A DNA stretch of 42,011 nucleotides from Pseudomonas sp. GTDB taxonomy: Bacteria > Pseudomonadota > Gammaproteobacteria > Pseudomonadales > Pseudomonadaceae. Position 1 is the stretch's first letter. Every line of letters starts with the position of its first letter. Both the position numbers and the translations under genes were made by a program. Shown piece after piece: positions 35,534 through 42,011 of this stretch. Under the pieces are notes generated by a model. It did not search any database. It saw nothing but the letters and a program-made list of their open reading frames with translations, and was not told the origin of the DNA. The stretch is taken from positions 1 through 42,011 of the forward strand of contig NZ_JBBNAH010000381.1 of assembly GCF_037994325.1 (NCBI RefSeq), written 5' to 3'.

Positions 35534-38479
35534 ATGAACCTGCCCTCGCTCGTCGGATTGCCTAACAGTCTTCAGCCATTTGTCCTGCGCGCCGAGCAAT
35601 CGTTCCGCGCCGCCCTTAGCGCTCTTGGGCCTGACGCCAGCGCGCAGTTCGACGCGTGGCCAGCGGATCGGCATGAAGCGTTCAAGCGTGTTGTAGGCGC
35701 CAGCGACTTTGTCAGCGAACAAGCCCTGCGCGACGCTCAGATGCTTCTGACATTGGCCGCCAGCGGCGAACTGGAGCGTCCGCTGCAACCCGGCGAGCTG
35801 CGTGAGCAAATGGCTGCGGCCCTGGCCGACTGCAGCGACGAAGCCCAACTGGGGCAAACCCTGCGCCGTCTGCGCAACCGCCAGCAGGTGCGCATCATCT
35901 GGCGCGACGTCAACCGCCTGGCCGACTTGGCGCAAACCTGCAAAGACCTCTCCGACCTGGCCGACGCCAGCATCGACCTCACCTATAACTGGCTCTACCC
36001 GCGCCACTGCGAACAGTTCGGCACGCCCAAGGGCCGGCGCAGCGGCGAGGCGCAGCATATGGTGGTGCTGGGCATGGGCAAGCTGGGCGCGGTTGAGCTC
36101 AACCTGTCGTCCGATATCGACCTGATTTTTGCCTACCCCGAAGGCGGCGAAACCGAAGGCGTTAAGCGCTCGCTGGATAACCAGGAGTTCTTTATCAAAC
36201 TCGGCCAACGCCTGATCAAGGCGCTGGATGCGATTACCGTCGACGGGTTTGTCTTTCGCGTCGACATGCGCCTGCGCCCCTACGGCTCGGCCGGCTCGCT
36301 GGTGTTCAGCTTTAACGCGCTGGAGCAGTACTACCAAGACCAAGGCCGCGACTGGGAACGCTACGCCATGATCAAGGCCCGCGTGGTCGGCGGTGATCAG
36401 GCGGCCGGCGCGCAATTGCTGGAGATGCTGCGCCCCTTCGTTTACCGCCGTTATCTGGACTTTTCCGCCATCGAAGCGCTGCGCGCCATGAAGCTGCTGA
36501 TTCAGCAGGAAGTGCGGCGCAAGGGCATGGCCGAGAACATCAAGCTGGGCTCCGGTGGTATCCGCGAAGTCGAATTTATCGCCCAGGCCTTTCAACTGAT
36601 CCACGGCGGTCGCGACCTCAGCCTGCAACAACGGCCGCTATTAAAGGTGCTAAAAACACTAGAGGGACAGGGCTATTTGCCGCCGGCCGTGGTCGCGGAA
36701 ATGCGCGATGGTTATGAATTCTTGCGGTACACCGAGCACGCCATCCAGGCCATTGCCGACCGCCAAACGCAAATGCTGCCGGACAGCGACGACGAGCGTG
36801 CTCGCGTGGCTTTTATGATGGGCTTTGATACCTGGGCCGCGTTCCACGAGCGGCTGATGTACTGGCGCGGCCGTATCGAATGGCATTTCCGCCAAGTGAT
36901 TGCCGACCCGGACGAAGACGAAAACGGCGAGGCCGATTTGTGCGTGGGCAGCGAGTGGCTGCCGTTATGGGAAGAGGCGCTGGATGAAGAGAGCGCCTGC
37001 CGCCAGTTGGCCGACGCCGGTTTTACCGATGCCCCTGCGGCGCTGCATCGTCTGGCCGGTCTGCGCGGCGGCAACCAAGTGCGCGCCATGCAGCGCTTGG
37101 GCCGTGAACGTCTCGATGCCTTTATCCCGCGCCTGCTGGCGCAGGCCGTCGAACATGAAAACCCTGATCTGGTGCTGGAGCGCGTGCTGCCGTTGATTGA
37201 GGCCGTGGCGCGGCGTTCGGCTTATTTAGTGTTGCTCACGGAAAACCCTGGTGCCTTACAGCAACTGCTAACCCTGTGCGCCGCCAGCCCGTGGATTGCC
37301 GAACAGATCAGCCGCTTCCCCTTGCTGCTGGACGAGCTGCTTAACGAAGGTCGCCTGTTCAAGCCGCCCTTGGCGCCGGAGTTGGCCGCCGAGTTGCGCG
37401 AGCGCCTGACGCGTATTCCCGAGGACGATCTGGAGCAGCAGATGGAGGCCCTGCGGCACTTCAAGCTGGCGCACCGTTTGCGCGTGGCGGCTTCGGAGAT
37501 CTCTGGGGCGCTGCAGTTGATGAAGGTCAGCGACTACCTGACGTGGCTGGCTGAGGCGATTCTTGAGCAGGTGCTGGCCCTGGCCTGGCGCCACACCGTG
37601 GCCAAACACGGCACGCCACAGCGTGCCGACGGTGGCTTGTGCGATCCGGATTTTGTCATCGTCGGCTACGGCAAAGTCGGTGGCATTGAGCTGGGCCACG
37701 GCTCTGACCTTGACTTGGTGTTTATCCACGACGGCGACCCGCAAGCCGAAACCGACGGCGCCAAGCCCATCGACGGCGCGCAATTCTTCAACCGTTTGGG
37801 CCAGCGCATCATTCACCTGCTAACCGCGCAGACCAACTCCGGCCAACTGTATGAAGTGGATATGCGTTTGCGGCCTTCCGGTGCTGCCGGCTTGTTGGTG
37901 AGTTCATTGGGTGCCTTTCAGCGCTACCAGGAAAACGAAGCCTGGACCTGGGAACACCAAGCGCTGGTACGTGCGCGGGTGTTGGTCGGCAGCGAACGGG
38001 TTGGCAAAGCCTTCGAACACGTACGTGCCCAGGTGCTTGGCCGCGAGCGCGATTTGCCCAAGTTGCAGGCCGATGTCAGCGAGATGCGGGCGAAAATGCG
38101 CGATAACCTCGGCAGCAAGCAGACCGCTGCCGGCACAGCGGCCAATGCCTTCGAAGCCGCAGCGCCGTTCGATCTCAAGCAGGATGCCGGTGGTATCGTC
38201 GATATTGAATTTATGGTGCAATACGCGGCCTTGGCTTGGTCCGGCGCGTATCCGCCGCTGTTGCAGTTCACCGACAACATTCGCATTTTGGAAGGGCTGG
38301 AGCGCTTGGGCTTGATGCCTGGGGTCGATGCCACTCTGCTGCAAGAGGTCTATAAGGCCTACCGTTCCGCCTCACACCGCCTGGCGTTGCAAAAGCAGCC
38401 CGGCATCGTCAGTGGCGAGCAGTTCCAGCAAGAACGTCAGGCAGTGATGCGTATCTGGCGTGAGCTGGGGCTGAGTTGA
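35534..38479 (+). CDS. glnE: Bifunctional glutamine synthetase adenylyltransferase/deadenyltransferase
   Basis: Two NTase domains: GMGKLGAVELNLSSDIDLIF and GYGKVGGIELGHGSDLDLVF; DMRLRP twice. Confidence 0.97.
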   Translation: MNLPSLVGLPNSLQPFVLRAEQSFRAALSALGPDASAQFDAWPADRHEAFKRVVGASDFVSEQALRDAQMLLTLAASGELERPLQPGELREQMAAALADCSDEAQLGQTLRRLRNRQQVRIIWRDVNRLADLAQTCKDLSDLADASIDLTYNWLYPRHCEQFGTPKGRRSGEAQHMVVLGMGKLGAVELNLSSDIDLIFAYPEGGETEGVKRSLDNQEFFIKLGQRLIKALDAITVDGFVFRVDMRLRPYGSAGSLVFSFNALEQYYQDQGRDWERYAMIKARVVGGDQAAGAQLLEMLRPFVYRRYLDFSAIEALRAMKLLIQQEVRRKGMAENIKLGSGGIREVEFIAQAFQLIHGGRDLSLQQRPLLKVLKTLEGQGYLPPAVVAEMRDGYEFLRYTEHAIQAIADRQTQMLPDSDDERARVAFMMGFDTWAAFHERLMYWRGRIEWHFRQVIADPDEDENGEADLCVGSEWLPLWEEALDEESACRQLADAGFTDAPAALHRLAGLRGGNQVRAMQRLGRERLDAFIPRLLAQAVEHENPDLVLERVLPLIEAVARRSAYLVLLTENPGALQQLLTLCAASPWIAEQISRFPLLLDELLNEGRLFKPPLAPELAAELRERLTRIPEDDLEQQMEALRHFKLAHRLRVAASEISGALQLMKVSDYLTWLAEAILEQVLALAWRHTVAKHGTPQRADGGLCDPDFVIVGYGKVGGIELGHGSDLDLVFIHDGDPQAETDGAKPIDGAQFFNRLGQRIIHLLTAQTNSGQLYEVDMRLRPSGAAGLLVSSLGAFQRYQENEAWTWEHQALVRARVLVGSERVGKAFEHVRAQVLGRERDLPKLQADVSEMRAKMRDNLGSKQTAAGTAANAFEAAAPFDLKQDAGGIVDIEFMVQYAALAWSGAYPPLLQFTDNIRILEGLERLGLMPGVDATLLQEVYKAYRSASHRLALQKQPGIVSGEQFQQERQAVMRIWRELGLS

Positions 38480-38558
38480 ACGGCCCGGTGCACGCACAGA
38501 AACGTACGCAAGCAATCCATTCAAGCAACCCTACGAGCAAATTCTGAGGAGCTGAACG

Positions 38559-39482
38559 ATGTCGATGGCCGATCGTGATGGTGTGATTTGGTATGACGGC
38601 GAGCTGGTGCAATGGCGCGACGCAACCACCCACGTACTGACCCATACCCTGCATTACGGCATGGGTGTATTCGAAGGCGTACGCGCCTACAACACCCCGC
38701 AGGGCACCTCGATTTTCCGCCTGCAAGCGCACACCGACCGCCTGTTCGATTCGGCGCATATCATGAATATGAAAATGCCGTTCACTAAAGAACAGATCAA
38801 CGAAGCCACCCGTGCGGCGGTGCGTGAAAACAACCTTGAAAGCGCCTATATCCGCCCGATGGTGTTCTACGGGTCGGAAGCCATGGGCATCCGCGCTGAC
38901 AGCTTGAAAGTGCACGTCATTGTTGCCGCCTGGCACTGGGGCGCGTACATGGGCGATGAAGCCCTGCAAAAAGGTATCAAGGTGCGCACCAGCTCCTTTA
39001 CCCGCCACCACGTCAACATTTCCATGACCCGCGCCAAGGCCAACGGCAACTACATCAACTCGATGTTGGCGTTGCAGGAAGCGGTGTCTGCCGGTGCCGA
39101 CGAAGCCATGCTGCTCGACCCGGAAGGCTATGTGGCTGAGGGCTCGGGCGAGAATATCTTCCTGATCAAGGACGGCATTCTGTACACCCCGGAAGTCACC
39201 TCGTGCCTGAATGGCATTACCCGCAGCACCGTGCTGACCCTGGCCGAAGAGCTGGGTATCAAGGTGGTGGAAAAACGCATCACCCGCGACGAGGTGTATA
39301 TCGCCGACGAAGCGTTCTTCACCGGTACTGCTGCCGAAGTGACGCCGATCCGCGAAGTCGATGGCCGCAGCATCGGTATCGGCAGCCGTGGCCCGGTTAC
39401 CGAAAAACTGCAAAAAGCCTACTTCGACCTGGTCACCGGCCAGACCAGCGCCCACGCGCAGTGGCGCACTGCCGTTAAGTAA
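38559..39482 (+). CDS. ilvE: Branched-chain amino acid aminotransferase
   Basis: LHYGMGVFEGVRAY, AKANGNY, EGSGENIF, LNGITR and FTGTAAEV motifs. Confidence 0.97.
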   Translation: MSMADRDGVIWYDGELVQWRDATTHVLTHTLHYGMGVFEGVRAYNTPQGTSIFRLQAHTDRLFDSAHIMNMKMPFTKEQINEATRAAVRENNLESAYIRPMVFYGSEAMGIRADSLKVHVIVAAWHWGAYMGDEALQKGIKVRTSSFTRHHVNISMTRAKANGNYINSMLALQEAVSAGADEAMLLDPEGYVAEGSGENIFLIKDGILYTPEVTSCLNGITRSTVLTLAEELGIKVVEKRITRDEVYIADEAFFTGTAAEVTPIREVDGRSIGIGSRGPVTEKLQKAYFDLVTGQTSAHAQWRTAVK

Positions 39483-39497
39483 GCTGGGTGTAAACCC

Positions 39498-39563
39498 GTA
39501 GGGTGTGCCGTGCGCACCATAGCGATCGCCCATAAAACGCTCGGTGCGCACAGCACACCCTAC
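39498..39563. repeat. REPIN (inverted GTAG-family REP pair)
   Basis: GTAGGGTGTGCCGTGCGCACC ... GGTGCGCACAGCACACCCTAC. Confidence 0.85.
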
Positions 39564-39638
39564 GGCAGCACTTTGAAAAATTGCGATTAGCAGTGACAGG
39601 GAGGCTTAGACGCCTCCCTGCTCATTTGCGGAGTTTGA

Positions 39639-40673
39639 ATGAACATATTGATCGTAGGGCCGAGCTGGGTCGGCGACATGGTGATGGCGCAGACCCTGTT
39701 TCAGGTGCTCAAGCAGCGTCACCCCGACTGCCAGATCGACGTGCTAGCGCCGGACTGGAGCCGGCCGATTCTTGAACGCATGCCCGAGGTGCGCAAAGCC
39801 CTGAGCTTTCCCCTGGGCCATGGCGCGCTGGAGTTGGGTACGCGCCGGCGCATCGGCAAATCCCTGGCCGGCCAGTACGATCAGGCGATTTTGCTACCCA
39901 ATTCGCTAAAGTCGGCGCTGGTGCCGTTTTTCGCCGGCATTCCGAAACGCACGGGTTGGAAAGGCGAGCTGCGTTACGGCCTGCTCAATGACGTGCGTAA
40001 GCTCGACAAAGAACGCTACCCGCTGATGATCGAGCGCTTTATGGCCCTGGCCTATGAGCCCGGTGCCGACTTGCCGCAGCCGTATCCAAAGCCCAGTTTG
40101 CAGATCGATGCACAAAGCCGTGATGCCGCCCTGGCCAAGTTCGGCCTGAGCCTGGACCGCCCGGTATTGGCCCTGTGCCCCGGTGCCGAGTTCGGCGAAG
40201 CGAAAAAATGGCCCAGCGAGCACTACGCCAAAGTGGCCGAGCTGAAAATTCGCGAAGGCTGGCAGGTGTGGTTGTTTGGCTCGAAGAATGATCACCCGGT
40301 GGGGGAGGCCATTCGTAATCGGCTGATCCCGGGCCTGCGTGAAGAAGCGCGCAACCTCAGTGGTGAAACCTCGCTGGCCGAGGCCATCGATTTGCTCTCG
40401 TGCGCCACCGCCGTGGCCTCCAACGACTCTGGCTTGATGCACGTGGCCGCAGCGCTTAATCGCCCACTGGTGGCGATCTATGGTTCCACCTCGCCGGCAT
40501 TTACCCCGCCGCTGGCCGACCACGTGGAAATCGTGCGCCTGGGCATCGAATGCAGCCCCTGCTTTGACCGCACCTGCCGCTTTGGCCACTACAACTGCCT
40601 GCGCGAATTAAAACCGCGCCCGGTGGTGGAAGCGCTGGCGCGCTTGGCGCCTAACCCGGCTGAGGTCGATTGA
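39639..40673 (+). CDS. waaF: Lipopolysaccharide heptosyltransferase II
   Basis: GPSWVGDMVM, LPNSLKSA, CPGAEFGEAKKWP and NDSGLMHVAAA motifs. Confidence 0.96.
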   Translation: MNILIVGPSWVGDMVMAQTLFQVLKQRHPDCQIDVLAPDWSRPILERMPEVRKALSFPLGHGALELGTRRRIGKSLAGQYDQAILLPNSLKSALVPFFAGIPKRTGWKGELRYGLLNDVRKLDKERYPLMIERFMALAYEPGADLPQPYPKPSLQIDAQSRDAALAKFGLSLDRPVLALCPGAEFGEAKKWPSEHYAKVAELKIREGWQVWLFGSKNDHPVGEAIRNRLIPGLREEARNLSGETSLAEAIDLLSCATAVASNDSGLMHVAAALNRPLVAIYGSTSPAFTPPLADHVEIVRLGIECSPCFDRTCRFGHYNCLRELKPRPVVEALARLAPNPAEVD

Positions 40674-41674
40674 TGCGGGTTCTGCTGATCAAAACCTCAT
40701 CCCTGGGCGATGTTATCCACAGCCTGCCGGCGCTCACCGATGCAGCGCGGGCAATTCCCGGTATCCAGTTCGACTGGGTGGTGGAAGAGGGCTTTGCCGA
40801 GATTCCGGCCTGGCACCCGGCTGTGGCCCAGGTGATTCCGGTGGCGATTAGGCGCTGGCGGAAAAACCTCTGGCAAACGATTAAAAACGGCGACTGGAAA
40901 CGCTTTAAACAGCGCCTGGGCGAAACCAAATATGACTTGGTGATTGACGCCCAAGGCTTGCTGAAAAGCGCCTGGCTGACCCGCTATGTGCAGGGCCCGA
41001 TTGCCGGTTACGACCGCGATTCGGCGCGTGAGCCGATTGCCTGCCGCTTCTACGACCGCACCTACGCCGTGCCCCGTGATCAGCATGCCCTGGAGCGCAT
41101 TCGGCAACTGTTCGCCAAGGCCCTGGACTATCCACTGCCGACGCACATCGGCGACTACGGCCTTAACCGTGCCCTGCTGGCCGACCCAGGTGCGCCGCCG
41201 TACTTAGTGTTCCTGCACGGCACCACCTGGGCTAGCAAGCATTGGCCGGAGAGTTACTGGCGCCAGTTGGCTGAGCAAATGAGCGAGCTGGGTTATGCCA
41301 TTCGCCTGCCCTGGGGCAACGAGGTCGAGAAACAACGCGCCGAACGGATCGCGGCGGGGTTGGAAAACGCCGTGGTACTGCCCAAATTAAACCTGGCGGG
41401 GGTGGCCAAGGTGATTGCCGGCGCACAAGCCTGTGTGGCGGTGGACACTGGCCTCGGCCATTTGGCTGCCGCTTTGGATGTGCCGAGCATTTCCCTGTAC
41501 GGGCCGACCTTACCGGGGCGCGTTGGCGCCTACGGCCGATCGCAGATTCACCTGTGCGCCACGGGCCCTAACGCCGGCCTGGGCGACCGCGACAAACCCT
41601 GTTTCGACGACCTGCTGCCCGAGCGCGTGGCGACCGAGTTACAAGCTCTGCTACTTCTGCCTGAGACTGTCTGA
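40673..41674 (+). CDS. waaC: Lipopolysaccharide heptosyltransferase I
   Basis: MRVLLIKTSSLGDVIH, DAQGLLKSA and VDTGLGHLAAAL motifs; TGATG overlap with waaF. Confidence 0.96.
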   Translation: MRVLLIKTSSLGDVIHSLPALTDAARAIPGIQFDWVVEEGFAEIPAWHPAVAQVIPVAIRRWRKNLWQTIKNGDWKRFKQRLGETKYDLVIDAQGLLKSAWLTRYVQGPIAGYDRDSAREPIACRFYDRTYAVPRDQHALERIRQLFAKALDYPLPTHIGDYGLNRALLADPGAPPYLVFLHGTTWASKHWPESYWRQLAEQMSELGYAIRLPWGNEVEKQRAERIAAGLENAVVLPKLNLAGVAKVIAGAQACVAVDTGLGHLAAALDVPSISLYGPTLPGRVGAYGRSQIHLCATGPNAGLGDRDKPCFDDLLPERVATELQALLLLPETV

Positions 41675-42011
41675 TGCAACTGGCCTTTATTTTGTACAAG
41701 TACTTTCCCTTCGGCGGCTTGCAGCGCGACTTTATGCGCATCGCCCTGGAGTGCCAGCAGCGCGGCCATAAAATTCGTGTCTACACGCTGATCTGGGAAG
41801 GCGATGTGCCGCCTGGTTTTGAAGTGCTGGTGGCGCCGGTCAAAGCGTTGTTTAACCACCGCCGCAACGAGAAGCTGCTGGCTTGGGTGCAAGCCGATTT
41901 GGCCACGCGCCCGGTGGACCGCGTGGTCGGCTTTAACAAAATGCCCGGGCTGGATGTGTACTACGCCGCCGACGGCTGTTTAGAAGATAAAGCGCAAAAC
42001 CTGCGCAACGC
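41674..42011 (+). CDS. waaG: LPS core glucosyltransferase WaaG (GT4), 5' partial
   Basis: Manual translation MQLAFILYKYFPFGGLQRDFMRIALECQQRGH...VVGFNKMPGLDVYYAAD; TGATG overlap with waaC; runs off the window. Confidence 0.92.
   Translation, partial: MQLAFILYKYFPFGGLQRDFMRIALECQQRGHKIRVYTLIWEGDVPPGFEVLVAPVKALFNHRRNEKLLAWVQADLATRPVDRVVGFNKMPGLDVYYAADGCLEDKAQNLRN

Noticed and set aside
35465-39551. Long minus-strand ORFs (388 aa at 35465-36631 and 380 aa at 38409-39551)
   Set aside because: Antisense to glnE and ilvE, which are unambiguous; shadow ORFs.

Overview
High-GC Pseudomonas chromosomal window. The backbone is housekeeping: partial PaaI-type thioesterase, trxC, TauE/SafE exporter, selO, mscK, K+/H+ antiporter, acyl-CoA dehydrogenase, rlmJ, msrA, dipA-like c-di-GMP phosphodiesterase, aceF, aceE, glnE, ilvE, waaF, waaC and partial waaG. 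From memory this order follows the P. aeruginosa PA5010-PA5026 neighbourhood. The main accessory feature is an ~11.7 kb minus-strand five-gene cassette between selO and tauE (2074-13808): a signal-peptide MFP, a GAF-like/MFP, an M50 site-2-protease/MFP fusion with intact HExxH and NPxxxxDG motifs, a ~1945-aa LEPRxLL/DUF4347 repeat surface protein, and a TolC lipoprotein. It resembles a type I secretion system but has no ABC ATPase or RND pump, and the cargo has no RTX repeats. Smaller insertions are an HD-GYP gene with an orphan dctP, and a secreted hypothetical protein. Intergenic DNA holds several REP/REPIN families, a ~260-nt highly structured element, candidate RsmA sites and the RccR-type operator of aceE. 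All calls come from reading the sequence and from recalled family knowledge; no searches were run.
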